This document shows, in pieces, positions 38,801-53,200 of a stretch of 64,000 nt of DNA. Below the pieces are notes generated by a model. It searched no databases and had not been told where the DNA came from. It was given only the letters and a program-made list of their open reading frames with translations. The position numbers were made by a program, and so were the translations under genes. Source of the stretch: Eledone cirrhosa (taxonomy: Eukaryota); contig OZ024762.1 of the NCBI GenBank assembly GCA_964016885.1, positions 26,536,001 through 26,600,000 on the forward strand, read 5' to 3'. Position 1 is the first letter of the stretch; each line of letters starts with the position of its first letter.

Positions 38801-38992
38801 ATAGGAAAAGAGTCAGGAACCGACGGCTGAGTTCCGGCCGTTTCGACAGTTAGATCCGTACCCACGTTCAGATCTAGATGTCAAAACGGCAGGAGCTCAG
38901 CCGTCGGGGCTCTGATCCTTTTTTCCCTATCACCCACTCTACTACCCTAAATATCGAGTACTCCTTGTTCCTTACCAAAATTTCTTTGTTTA
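38801..38992. mobile_element. Family G variant hairpin + tail element
   Basis: Diverged arms; same subfamily as 14419-14585. Confidence 0.75.
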
Positions 38993-39010
38993 TATATATA
39001 TACATATATA

Positions 39011-40465
39011 TTTCGTTTCTGAATTTGTTTACAAGATTCTTTATCTGAAAACGTGTGTTGAAACCGATAGTGTTATATTTTGGGAGAGTCATGTTGCCAA
39101 TAAGAAACACACGCACCATGCTTTTACTTCAATTTATTATAATAAATTTATAAATTTAGGAATTTATTAATTTCCGGTTGGTTGGTTGGTTCCACAACCA
39201 AATGATTGTTTATATATTGTCAAAGTTCTTTCGTCACACATTCTGTGAACTCTTCAGTGACTGGGGATCCTTTTCTTTGTTTTTGTGCCTCTCCTTTGTT
39301 CTGTCCTACGTCATCTTGTTTTTGTGTGTGTTGTGTGCTTAGTTTGCGCATGTGTTACATCAGGGTGTCTGTGTGTGTTTATATTTGTTTTTTTATTTGT
39401 TTATTTACATGTTACTGCTTGGTTGTTTGTTCTATGTGCGTGTGTGTTTTCATTTTGTCCTTAATTGTAAGTTGTGATGTTGCTGTTCCACTCATGTTTT
39501 CTATTTAATTTTGGTTGGAGTTCATTTATGTTTATTGCCTCTGTGATTTGTCTAAACATTGCGTCTTTTCTGTGTGTAGATTCTATTTTTATTTCTATGT
39601 TCTCTAATTTACCCTTATGTTCTATTTTAGCATGTTGGTAGAGTACAGATGATTCTTTACTATCTTGAAGCTCTCGCCAGTGTTCATTTATCCGTTCGCC
39701 TATACTACGAGCTGTCTCACCTATGTACACTATATTCTTATCTCTACATTGTCCTTCAGTACATCTTATGCTATATACTACATTTCTAGTTTTACAGTTA
39801 ATATGGGGGCTTAATTTACAGATTATACATTTCTTATCTTTACAGGGAGGTCTTTGAAAAGGGTATGTATTTCTGATAAATCTTTTTATGGGGGTACCTG
39901 GTCTTTCTACTATCTTAATATTGAGTTTATGTTTATCTAGAGCCTTTTTAAATTTGTAAGCTAATTCACCTCTAGGGGTTTTATCGATGAACATTACACT
40001 TTGGTATTTATTGCTATCATAGCATGAGTTTATTCAATTAACCTTATTCCTAGTTCTTTCTATTCTATTCCAAAATTTGCTCCTATACAAGGGGCAGGTC
40101 CCATTTGTGTCATTATTTACCATTTTCCCCATTTGGTTCTGGCTCCTCTATATACTCTGATTCTATATCTCTGATTGTAACCAGAGAACTGCATACGGTG
40201 GATGAAGTGTTGTATGTGTCACTCTAGTTCTTCGGGGTTGCACATGCGGGACACGTTTCTCATCACCCGTACCAAATCCGCAATCAGTATGTTGATTTTG
40301 GTATGGTCCGAAACAGCTGAGTTTCGGTGGATCAGATATTTGGAAGTCATGGGTTTGGCATAATGGGAATGGAGGATTTGTTTTTTGTTATTAATGGTAT
40401 CTAACCAGAGGTCTGTGTCTAGTACAGGTAATCGATGGTTGGGGTGTTTGCTTGGGGAGTCTACA
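39011..40465 (-). mobile_element. Penelope-like retroelement, 5'-truncated: RT thumb, Cys linker, GIY-YIG and 3' pLTR with hammerhead
   Basis: RLPVLDTDLW and HYAKPMTSKY upstream; ORF 39461-39994 has CKDKKCIIC, CKTRNVVYSIRC..C..YIGETARS..ER..EH, RQITEA..I, PKLN. Confidence 0.9.
39219..39261 (-). ncRNA. Minimal hammerhead in PLE 3' pLTR
   Basis: GTCA CTGAAGA GTTCACA-gaatg-TGTGAC GAAA GAAC TT TGAC; about 200 nt after the GIY-YIG stop. Confidence 0.75.
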
Positions 40466-40477
40466 AATCTGTATTGT

Positions 40478-40541
40478 ATTTTATCTGATGAAAGCGCACC
40501 ATAATTTGCATTGGTGGCCCTTGAAATATGTATAATAAAAT
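40478..40541 (+). ncRNA. Minimal hammerhead (family H)
   Basis: ATTTTAT CTGATGA AAG..CACCA..TGGTG..CTT GAAA TATGTA TA ATAAAAT. Confidence 0.8.
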
Positions 40542-40580
40542 ATATATGGTTTTATAAATATAGCTTCTATTTATTAATAT

Positions 40581-40633
<53 letters not shown>

Positions 40634-40668
40634 TAATAAATGGAAACTATCTTTACACAACCATATTT

Positions 40669-40728
40669 ATTTTATTATATATATTTCAAGGGTACCAACA
40701 TTTTTAGTACGCTCTCATCAGATAAAAT
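40669..40728 (-). ncRNA. Minimal hammerhead (family H)
   Basis: ATTTTAT CTGATGA GAG.GTACT..GGTAC.CTT GAAA TATATA TA ATAAAAT. Confidence 0.8.
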
Positions 40729-40773
40729 AGAAAAGTTGTTTTACAGATATTGGCATATTCAAAACAAGAACTT

Positions 40774-40820
<47 letters not shown>

Positions 40821-40823
<3 letters not shown>

Positions 40824-41001
40824 GTTATTCCGGGTTGAAACGGAGGTAACCACAGTAAGTAAGGTACTCAATACATAGCAGAGTATAACAGTTTTAATAT
40901 AGAAGAGATTCTACAGGACTAGAACTGTTTCATTCATAAGAAATCATCAGGATTCCTGATGATTTCTTATGAATGAAACAATTCTAGTCCTGTAGAATCT
41001 C

Positions 41002-41008
<7 letters not shown>
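40821..41008. mobile_element. Tail + 111-bp palindrome element in (TA)n
   Basis: Palindrome 40898-41008 centred at 40953, just 5' of CTGATGA; related fragment near 2386-2412. Confidence 0.8.
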
Positions 41009-41040
<32 letters not shown>

Positions 41041-41996
41041 AATGGAAAAAATGAAACGAAATTTCATTTCTCACTCTTAGTACGACTGTTACTTAAATAA
41101 GTATGTATACGTACATACATATAAGTATGCAGACGTACAGTAGTATGTATATATATACATGCATGCACACATATATAGTAAGTACGTATGGATTCACCGA
41201 ACATTTATTATAATGCTAGGTTTTTTTGTAAACAAACATCCCGAATTAAGCCGTACAGTGTGTAGCAACCATCGTTGCCCATTTATTCAATACTGACAAA
41301 GGAACGATGTACTAGTTTCAAGCTTATTAGCTATCGTCAGCACTCTATAGCTTCCTGCCAGATGATTGAACGTCTGAAAGCATATACTTTCCGTATGCAT
41401 ATTAACGTATCAGCAGCCTAATTTGCATATCGAGTGAGTTTTTCGGCTGGGCGCACCAAAAACGATAATTGGAATAAATGAAACGAAATTCCATTTCTCA
41501 TTCTTAGTACGGCTGTTACTTAAATATAAGTATGTATACGTACATACATATATGTATACATACGTACAGTAATATGTATATATATACATACATGCACACA
41601 TATCTATATGTACGTATGGATTCACCGAACTTTTATAATAATGCTCGGTTTGTTTGTAAACAAACATCCCGAAGTAAGCCGTACATTGTTTAGCAACCAT
41701 CGTTGCCATTTATTCAACACTGACAAAGGAACGATGAACTAGTTTCAAGCTTATTAGCTATCGGCAGCACCGTATACATTTCTGCCAGATGATTGAACGT
41801 CTGAAAGTATACTTTCCTTATGCATAATTAACGGCTGGGCAGCCTAATTTGCATATCGAGTGAGTTTATCGGCCGGGCGCACCGAAAACGATAAATGGAA
41901 TAAATGAAACGAAATTTCATTTCTCACTCTTAGTACGGCTTTTACTTAAATATAAGTATGTATACGTACACACATATATGTATACATACGTACAGT
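41041..41996 (-). mobile_element. Retrozyme-like tandem array 2 (~427-bp unit, ~2.2 copies)
   Basis: Units near 41041, 41467 and 41894; homologous to 2481-3790; HHR motifs at 41303-41347 (CTGACGA intact, weak stem I) and 41730-41774 (CTGCCGA mutated). Confidence 0.8.
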
Positions 41997-42097
41997 TGGA
42001 CATATCCGGCTTAAACCTTTCCTCATGAGTACAAAGTAGAGACAGGATTACAATGGAGAAACAGGAAAAAGGTACAGTAATGACCAAAATAAAATCG

Positions 42098-42136
<39 letters not shown>

Positions 42137-42648
42137 TATGTACATACACACGCGCACATATATTTGTATATAGATGTATAAATACAAATTTTTATACTTG
42201 TGTCTGTATTTATATAATATATACTGTGTGTGTGTGTGATTGTTTGTGTGTGTATACATTTTATGTGATATTAGTCACTTCATTTATTTATTGATTAAAT
42301 TATATTGTCAATTTCATAAAATGGAATAAAATATTAACAATGTCATAAACAAAAACAACTACAACAACAACAACAATAATAATAATAACAATAATAATAA
42401 TAGTAATAATAATAATAATGATTTCTTAATAATAATAATAATAATATAACTCAGAGATTCGTATAAAAAATACAGAAAAAAGAAAACATAAATTTCTAGT
42501 AAAAAGCCGTGACATAAAACGCGAACTGTCAAGAATAATTTTTACTAATTTCCACACACTTACTCCCACCCACTAAAGACTTTTCATTGCTACATTATTA
42601 GTATGCTAGTTAGTGAAATATCACACGCTTTTGTCTTCTGTCTTGCTC

Positions 42649-42735
<87 letters not shown>

Positions 42736-42862
42736 TCTCTCTCTCTGTATTTATATATATATATATATATGAATATATATATATGTACATATATGTGTAC
42801 ATATGTATATATTTATATATATATATATGAGTGTGTGTGTGAGTGTGTGTGTGAAATATATG

Positions 42863-42903
<41 letters not shown>

Positions 42904-43000
42904 CTCATATTTCTAGTCTTTAATCCATAATGCGAAACAATAAAAAAGTCGGTCTTATGACTGCTTTTAGTCAATTTCTCTCTCTATATACAGACATTTT

Positions 43001-43054
<54 letters not shown>

Positions 43055-43211
43055 GAAAGAGAGAGAGAGAGGGAGTGACAGAGAGACAGACAGACATAGA
43101 TAGACAAATGCATAATAAAAATAGTTTGGTAGAGCAACAGATAGATTTACATTAAAAAAATGTAACTTAACATAATATACGCATTTCACAGAAAGATATT
43201 GAAAGGAGCGA

Positions 43212-44416
43212 TCAGTAATAAGACTGTCTAAGACAGAGGTTAAACTAGCTGTCAAGTTAAGCCCCGCCTGAGAGGATTCACCACCAATGAGACTGTCTAA
43301 GGCAGAGGTTAAACTAGCTGTCAAGTTAAGCCCCACCTGAGAGGAGTGACCACAAATAAGACTGTCTAAGACAGAGGTTAAACTAGCTGTCAAGTTAAGC
43401 CCCACCTGAGAGGAGTGACCACCAATAAGACTGTCTAAGGCAGAGGTTAAACTAGCTGTCAAGTTAAGCCCCACCTGAAAGGAGTCACCACCAATAAGAC
43501 TGTCTAAGGCAGAGGTTAAACTAGCTGTCAAGTTAAGCCCCACCTGAGAGGAGTGACCACCAATAAGACTGTCTAAGACAGAGGTTAAACTAGCTGTCAA
43601 GTTAAGCCCCGCCTGAGAGGAGTGACCACCAATAAGACTGTCTAAGACAGAGGTTAAACTAGCTGTCAAGTTAAGCCCCACCTGAGAGGAGTCACCACCA
43701 ATGAGACTCTCTAAGGCAGAGGTTAAACTAGCTGTCAAGTTAAGCCCCGCCTGAGAGGAGTGACCACCAATAAGACTGTCTAAGACAGAGGTTAAACTAG
43801 CTGTCAAGTTAAGCCCCAACTGAGAGGAGTCACCACCAATAAGACTGTCTAAGACAGAGGTTAAACTAGCTGTCAAGTTAAGCCCCACCTGAGAGGAGTC
43901 ACCACCAATAAGACTGTCTAAGACAGAGGTTAAACTAGCTGTCAAGTTAAGCCCCAACTGAGAGGAGTCACCACCAATAAGACTGTCTAAGACAGAGGTT
44001 AAACTAGCTGTCAAGTTAAGCCCCACCTGAGAGGAGTCACCACCAATAAGACTGTCTAAGACAGAGGTTAAACTAGCTGTCAAGTTAAGCCCCACCTGAG
44101 AGGAGTCACCACCAATAAGACTGTCTAAGACAGAGGTTAAACTAGCTGTCAAGTTAAGCCCCACCTGAGAGGAGTCACCACCAATAAGACTGTCTAAGAC
44201 AGAGGTTAAACTAGCTGTCAAGTTAAGCCCCACCTGAGAGGAGTCACCACCAATAAGACTGTCTAAGACAGAGGTTAAACTAGCTGTCAAGTTAAGCCCC
44301 AACTGAGAGGAGTCACCACCAATAAGACTGTCTGAGCCAGAAGTAAAACTCGGTGTCAAGTTAATCCCCTGCTGAGTGGAGCCACCACCAATAAGACTGT
44401 CTGAGTCAGAGCTCAT
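43212..44416 (-). repeat. 66-bp minisatellite (~18 copies), open on the minus strand as a 22-aa repeat LDSLIGGDSSQVGLNLTASLTSV
   Basis: Tandem unit directly visible; ORF 42971-44416; coding status unproven. Confidence 0.9.
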
Positions 44417-44523
44417 TTACTCTGTGAGATCTAAATCTTGGTTAGTATTAAAAGGGTTTATTACTTAAAAAGTGGTAAATTGATCTCGAATCAGGTATCA
44501 GCAACGACTCAGTGCTCGTAATA

Positions 44524-44598
<75 letters not shown>

Positions 44599-44600
<2 letters not shown>

Positions 44601-44995
44601 CGAAGGGAATGTGGTAAGGAACCAGAATGACCATAACGAATCAAAGTACTCAATACTTAGTGTAGTAGAGTGGGTAATAGGAACGAGTAGGACCCCGACA
44701 GCTGAGCTCAAGGATTTTGCTGTAGTTGTCACTATCAACGCACGACTGGGGTTCCTCCACTCCCTCTCCCTCTTTCTTCTACTGGCAAGTTCAGCCTTCC
44801 ACAAAATGCCATGATAGAATTATGTGTGTCAACAACAAACTTTTGACCAATCCTTGTGACAATCACTTTTACCATATATGGAATTACCCCCTGAGAAGCT
44901 CGGCTATTCATGTACCAGGATAAACATTTTTATTTAGTCCAGAATTAGCCGTCGAAACGGCTTGAGCTGAGCTGTCGGGGTCCTACTCGTTCCTA
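44599..44995. mobile_element. Family G element with ~220 bp of foreign sequence inside the hairpin
   Basis: Tail and left arm to 44712, unrelated 44713-44930, right arm 44931-44995. Confidence 0.78.
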
Positions 44996-45051
44996 TATAT
45001 ATATATATATATATGAATGTATGTATATATATGTGTGTGTGTGTAGATATA

Positions 45052-45112
<61 letters not shown>

Positions 45113-45575
45113 CAAATATATATAAATAACAAATACATATATATATATATTTGTTATTTAGGCACTAAGCCAAAGTCATTTACTGTTGACAAAAGTCGTA
45201 TTAGATAGCACAACCATAAATGGATGGGACTGAGGTCACATTCAGGTGGACGTGTGATTTGTCAGACATGCAGGTGTTTTAAGAGGTACCAGAGATATTC
45301 CGTTATGTAGTGAGATTGGATGTGGGGGAGGGGTGGTGCTCATGTGTGTGTGATACACATGGCAATTGAGTGAGACCGGAATTGTATGATCAATACTGAG
45401 CATTGTATGCGTCCAGAAAATGTTTTGAGTTCAGCATATCTCAAACATTTACAAATGTTGAAATGTTTTCTGTTTTTCTTTAATTCTAATCTTTATAGTA
45501 TCTCTACTAATGGATAGATGGAAAGCTAATTAAATGTCTAAAAACATCTGACTGATAAAATGACAAGTCCGTCAA

Positions 45576-45925
45576 TCATACTGATGGCCTCCCCACGGCC
45601 CCGGTGGAAAGTATGGATAAAAAGATTCCCCGGAAGACGGCAAGGGAGACGTGCTGGAAGAGCCACTCCAACTCGCGAGGCTCACACCTCCGGCTGGCCA
45701 GCTCAGCGCCTATGGTGGTGAGTAGGGAGGTAGCCCTAGGGTCGAGGACAGCAGAGGTCTCCGCTGCCAAGGGTACAACCGCAAACCTGTCGGAGAGTGA
45801 CCGGTAAAGGCCTGATGGCATGACCATCTCCCCGTTCCGCGGCGGCAAACCCCTCGTCTGGAGTCCAACTTGTACCGACACTTTCTCCAGCCGCAACCTG
45901 GGGCAGTCTGCGACTATTCCAGGTT
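45576..45925 (-). mobile_element. CRE-like RLE non-LTR retrotransposon 3' fragment with inversion
   Basis: Plus 45808-45925 RPDGMTISPFRGGKPLVW.PTCTDT (RLE PD motif); minus YRSLSDRFAVVPLAAET...EPRELEWLFQHVSLAVFRG..LSIL is the typical C-terminus. Confidence 0.7.
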
Positions 45926-46850
45926 TGGATAGATTGTTGTGAAAATGTGCAGTACTAGAGTGATTTTGATTTTTAATGTGATGCGGTCGTACTGTTGTTT
46001 TGTACTTTTCAAGAATGTCTTAGTAATGTCGTTTTATGTGGTTTCTTAATTCAAGTCTTTCAAGTAACTTTACTAATTGACAAGTTGTGCAAATTTACAG
46101 TATTAGAGAAATGACTTTAACTTTTAGTGTGATGCAGCGATAATGTTTTGTACTTTTCAAAAATGTCTTGCTTCTGTGGTTTGTTAATTCAAATGTTTAT
46201 AGTATATTCTCTAATGGACAGACTTTTGTGAAAATTTGCAGTACTAGAGTAATGACTTTAATTTTAAATGTGATGCAGGTGTAGAATTGTTTTGCATTTT
46301 TTCAAGAATGTTTTACTAATATGGCTTCAACTGGTTTGTTAATTCAAATGTTTCTTGTGTGTTTACTAATGGACAAATTGTGGAAATTGACAGTACTAGA
46401 TTAATGATTTTAATTTTCAATGTGATCCAGTCATAATGTTGTTTTTTACTTTTCAAGAATGTCTCGCTCATGTGGTTTGTTACTTCAAATGTTTTGTAAT
46501 TTTAAAGAATCTCTTCCTAATGTGGTTTTATGTGGTTTGTTACATCAAATGTTTATAGTATATTTACTAATGGACAGATTATTGAGAAAATTTGCAGTAA
46601 ATTAGAGTAATGGCATAAATTTTTAATGTGATGCAGCAATAATGTTGTTTTGTAATTTTAAAGAATCTCTTCCTAATGTGGTTTTATGTGGTTTGTCACT
46701 TCAAATGTTTGTAGTATGTTTATTTATGGACAGATTGGTGTGAAAATTTGCAGCAGCATAGCAAAATCTATCATTGTGAATGTGATACAGTCTCAGTGCT
46801 GTTTTGTATTTTTCGAGAAAGTCGCGTTCATGTGGCTTCATGTGGAACAT
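45926..46850. repeat. Diverged tandem repeat, ~140-155-bp unit, about 6 copies
   Basis: Recurring ctaatggaca..gaaaatttgcagtactagag..aatgtgatgcag..ttttcaagaatgtct..tgtggtttgtt. Confidence 0.85.
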
Positions 46851-47019
46851 GATGTTAAGTGTTAAATAATGAGGATAACGATAATACATAGCAGAATATC
46901 AAAATCTGGTGGGAAGGTATAGTACATTATAGGTATAGTACGTTAAGAGTGACAGAGGAGAAAGACAATCGAAAAAAAAATGGACGGGGAAATATCGGTA
47001 ATGGATATAGATTACCTAA

Positions 47020-47310
47020 TTCAGAAGGCTGTTAACTATCCAGAAACTGGAGGAACTAAGGAGAAGAAGAAGAAAAACTGATACCAAGAAAAACTAGAAT
47101 CACTAAGGCTTATAAATATATGCTGCTGGGAAAATCAATAATGAATACATAGATAAAGAAGATTACTTTCAAAATAAAAACGACTGTATGAAGATGGAAT
47201 ACAGGAAAGAAAAATGGTTGTTACATGGAGAGGTCTGTACTGTAAAGAGGATGTCAAAACAAGGGAGAGAACTATGAAACTGTTAAATGAGTTAAAGAAG
47301 AGTCGAGAAG
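47020..47310 (+). mobile_element. Possible highly decayed CR1/L2-like LINE 3' fragment
   Basis: Purine-rich; a frame reading LEELRRRRRKTD followed by AYKY resembles the LEERRxRGD..YK motif; weak. Confidence 0.3.
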
Positions 47311-47782
47311 GTGAACAAAATGGCTGATCATAGATATGCGGAAAAGAAAGACGCTAATGCGAATATGATGTTGATAAGACCCAGTTTCGGCATGATCGAG
47401 TGGACCGATGCTGAAAAACCTCCATGCCGTGTCTGCCATGTGTTCTTAAAGATATGTAGCTTTATTTTACCTCATATATCATTCATTTCTCTAAGACAGT
47501 AGAGCTTCCTTTGACAGTGATTTGGTTACTGTTTTCAGCAGGGCGAAGGATTACATTAAGGCTTTCTCGAATTATCAAGGGATTTTCTTTATTTTTTTAT
47601 GTTGTTAATGTTTAATTACAAATATACTCTGATTAAAACAGTTAATCGGCAGATTTCAAAGAGCAAAGATCTACTGCTGGTGATCGAACTATGTGGAGAG
47701 AGATATCACATGTTAATGCGCAGTATACAACTGGCAGAGTTTAGCGTCACAAGAAGAAAATAGTTAATACAGGTTACTGAAT

Positions 47783-48610
47783 TAGGCACAAGGCCAGCAA
47801 TTTTAGGGGAAGGGAAAGTCGATTAAATCGACACCAGTGTATTACTGGTACTATATTTTATCGACCCCGTAAAGATGAAAGTAAAAGCTAACCTTGACGA
47901 GATTTGAAGCCTGAACGAAAATGGGGAACCAATGCCACAAAAATGTGTCCGACACGCTACCGATGAAAAGCAAAGCTGACCTCAGCAGGATTTGAACTCT
48001 GATAGGAAAAGGGCCGTAACTCTGTGCTATAAATTGTCTGACGCTCTACCGATATTGTCTTACAATTATGATAATGTTTTATGATTTAGGCACAAGGCCA
48101 ACAATTTTTGGGGAGAGGAATGTCAATTAAATCGAAACCAGTGTATTACTGGTACTTTATTTTATCGATCCTTTAAGAATAAAAGAGAAAGTTATCCTCG
48201 ACGGGATTTGAACTCAGAACGGAAAAGAGCGAAACTCTGTACTATAAATTATGTTGTCCGATACTCTACGGATACTGCCTAAGAATAATGGTTTCTGATT
48301 TAGGCACAAGGTCAGCAATCACCCCAGTACATTACTGGTGTTTTATTTTATCGGCCCCGGTAAGGATGAAAGGCAAAGTTAACTCGGCGAGATTTGAACT
48401 CAGATCGTGCCGATGTTAACTGTGCCTTTAGGATACTGCCTAACAACAATGATAATAATTGTTTCTACTTTTGGCACAAAAGTGTATTACTGGTACTTTA
48501 TTTTATCGACTGTAAGGTTGAAAGGCAAAGTTAACCTCGGTGGGATTTGAACTCAGACCATAAAGGGCCTTTGCAAAGCATGGCATCCGACCCTCTACCG
48601 ATACTGACAA
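47783..48610 (-). mobile_element. Head-to-tail cluster of about 4-5 tRNA-derived SINE copies
   Basis: Repeated ggcacaagg..tactggtact..tttatcgac..gatttgaactc. Confidence 0.85.
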
Positions 48611-49033
48611 ATATTGATAAAATATAACAGATTTCATCTAGAAAATGTTCCCCGATAGGGGGCAGTGGAGGTTACGTTTTAGGGAAATTCTTGGCAATAA
48701 TAATCACTACTTTATTTCCCATAAAGCTCACAGAGAAAACTCCAATGATTTGTTGGGCATGTCTTGTTTTGCTCAACAAACGAGTCGGCGGCCATTGATA
48801 ACAACAATCTCGGAAGTTTGTGTCACCATAAACATCTCGCCTTGGAAATGTAGAAATTTCACGTGATATCAACGAGAAGGAGAGATAAAGGAAAATTAAA
48901 ACAAATCATTGCTGAAACAAAAAGTAGATAATGGTGGGGGCGGGGGGGCTGTTGGAGAAGGCGGAAGGAGAAGATGAGGGGGAGGAGAAGGGGAGGAAGA
49001 AGATGTGGTGGTAGAGGAGGAGCAGGACTTGGA

Positions 49034-49103
49034 GAAGAAGAAGAAGAAGAAGAAGAAGAAGAAGAAGAAGAAGAAGAAGAAGAAGAAGAAGAAGAAGAAG
49101 AAG

Positions 49104-49132
<29 letters not shown>
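49034..49132. repeat. (GAA)n microsatellite
   Basis: Directly visible. Confidence 0.97.
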
Positions 49133-49134
<2 letters not shown>

Positions 49135-49284
49135 GCTAAATATAGTGTCCAAAACGTTGAGAATAATTTCGCTCATTATCGTTATGAACAGTAGAAAATT
49201 ACTTGTTTTAAATGGCGTCTAATTTTGTTGGCTTTGTGAGAGATGTGATGTGTGAGAGCTGTCTCTGTGTGTCGACTTTGAAAA

Positions 49285-50050
<766 letters not shown>

Positions 50051-50214
50051 ATTTTCGTTCTTCGCTTTCCATCATGATCATCATCATCATCATCATAGTT
50101 ATTTCTTTTTATTTGTCGCAACAATCATCATTAATATCATTATCATCAACAGAATGACGTTGCAACTGGGCGTGTTGTTTCAACTACGGTTTCGTCAGTC
50201 TAATTACTGACGGT

Positions 50215-53200
50215 ATCATCATCATCATCATCATCATTATCATCATTATCATCGTAATTATCATCGTCATCATCATCATCATCATCATCATTATAATCAT
50301 TATCATCATCATCATCATCATCATCATTATTGCCACCAACATTAACATCATCATCATCATCGTCATCCTCATTATTGTTATCATTATTATCATTATTATC
50401 CTTATCATTGTAATCATCGTCATCTCAGTCATAATAATCAGTTTCGTCATCACCACCAACATCATCATCACCCCACCAACATTACCACCATCATCATCAT
50501 CACCCCACCAACATTATCATCACCATAATCATCACCATCATCACCATCGTTACCAAAATCACCATCAACATCATCAACCTTACTAGCATTATCTTCAGCA
50601 CCATTGTCACCTGCATCACCATCAACATCATCATCTGTATATTCATCACAACCAGTAAACCAGCCATCCAAACAACCATCCAACCATCCAGCCAACGAGC
50701 CAACCTTCCAACCAACTATATAACCAACCATACAACCAACCAAACAACCATCCAACCAACCAACCATCAAAGCAATCAACCAACCATCCAACCAACAATC
50801 CAACCAACCATACAACCAACCAACCAACCAACCAACCATCCAATCATCCAAACATCTAACCAACAATCCAACCAACCATACAAACAACCAACCAACCAAC
50901 CATCCAACCATCCAACCAACAATCCAACCAACCATACAACCAATCAACCAACCATCCAACCAACCAACCAACTATCCAACCATCCAACCAACCATCCAAC
51001 CAATCATCCACTAACCATCCAACCAATCAACCAACCATCCAACCAATCATCCACCAACCATCCAACCAACCAACCAACCATCCAACCATCCAACCATCCA
51101 ACCAACAATCCAACAAACCATCCAACCAAACACCCAACCGACCATCCAACCATCCAACCAACAATCCAACCAACAAACCAACCATACAACCAAACAATCA
51201 TCCAACCAACAATCCAACAAACAAGCCAACAATCCAACCATTCAACCAACCATCCAACCAATAAACGAACAATCCAATCAACAAATCAACCATCCAACCA
51301 ACCAACCAAACAAACAAACAATCAACCAACCATCCAACAATCCAACCAACAACCCAAACAGCCATCCAACCAACCAACCATCCAAACAACCAACCATCAA
51401 ACCAAGCCACCAACCATCCAATCAACCATCCATCCAACCAACGAACCAACCATCACACCAAACCACCAACCTAACAATCAACCATCCACCCATCAAACCA
51501 TGCAACCATCCAACCATCCAAACATCCAACCAACCAACCAACCAACCAACCATCCAACCATACAACCAACCATCCAACCAACCATCCAACCAACCATCCA
51601 AGCAACAAACCATCCAACCATCCAACCATTTATCCAACCACCCAACCAACCATCCAAACATCCAAACATCCAACCACCAACCAACCATCCAACCACCAAC
51701 CAACCATCCAACCATCCAACCATCCAACCATCCAAGCATGGAAACATCCAACCAACCAACTAACCAACCATCCAAACATCCAAACCACCAGCCAACCAAC
51801 CTACCATCCAACCAACCAACAATCAAACCAGACCACCAACCATCCCACCATTCAACCATCCAAGCATGCAAACATCCAACCAACCAACTAACCAACCATC
51901 CAACCATACAAAGAACAGTCCAACCAACCTACAATCCAAACCACCAACCATCCAACAATCTAACTAACCATCAAACCACCACCCAACCAACCATCCAACC
52001 AACCATCCAACCATCCAACCAACCATCCAACCAACGATCCAACCAACCATCAAACCACCACCCAACCAACCAACCATCCACCCATCCAACCAACCATCCA
52101 ACCAACAATCCAACCAACCATCAAACCACTACCCAACCAACCATCCAACCAACCAACCATCCAACCATTTATCCAACCACCCAACTAACCATCCAAACAT
52201 CGAAACCATCCAACCACCAACCAACCGAACATCTATCCAATCAACCAACCAACCAGCCATCCAACCATCCAACCATCCAACAATCCAAGCATGGAAACAT
52301 CCAACCAACCAACTAACCAACCATCCAACCATCCAAACCACTAGCCAACCAACCTACCATCCAAACAACCAACAATCAAACCAGACCACCAACCATCCAA
52401 CCATTCAACCATCCAACCATCCAACCATCCAAGCATGAAAACATCCAACCAACCAACTAACCAACCATCCAACTATACAAAGAACCATCCAACCAACCTA
52501 CCATCCAACCAACCAACAATCAAACCAAACCACCAACCAACAAACTAAACCACCAACCATACAACCAACCAAACCACCAACCCTTAAACCAAACCACCAA
52601 TCATCAAACTAAACCACAAACCAACCCACCAACCATCAAACTAAACCACCAACCATACAACCAACCAAACCACCAACTATCAAACTAAACCACCAACCAT
52701 ACAACCAACCAAACCACCAACCATCAAACCAAACCACCAACCATCAACCTAAACTACCAACCATACAAACAACCAAACCACCAACCATCAAACCAAACCA
52801 CCAACCATCAAACTAAACCACTAACCATACAACCAACCAAACCACCATCCATCAAACCAAACCACCAACCATCAAACTAAACCACCAACCACCAACTATC
52901 AAACCAAAACACCAACCATCAAACTAAACCACCAACCATACAACCAACCAAACCACCAACCATCAAACCAAACCACCAACCATCAACCTAAACCACCAAC
53001 CATACAAACCAACCAAACCACCAACCATCAAACCAAACCACCAACCATCAAACTAAACCACTCACCATACAACCAACCAAACCACCAACCATCAAACTAA
53101 ACCACTAACCATATAACAAACCAAACCACCATCCATCAAACCAAACCACCAACCATCAAACTAAACCACCAACCATCAAACCAACCAAACCACCAACCAT

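Noticed and set aside
40504-40511. Octamer ATTTGCAT in the stem II loop of a family H hammerhead
   Set aside because: Absent from the other three family copies; probably chance
50170-50222. Hairpin GTCAGT/ACTGAC followed by GAAACCGTA on the minus strand
   Set aside because: Possible HHR remnant, but the 5' core merges into (GAT)n and stem I cannot be formed
51738-52316. 192-aa Gln/Pro/Thr/Asn-rich ORF and Trp-rich antisense ORFs
   Set aside because: Products of the CCAA/CCAT repeat
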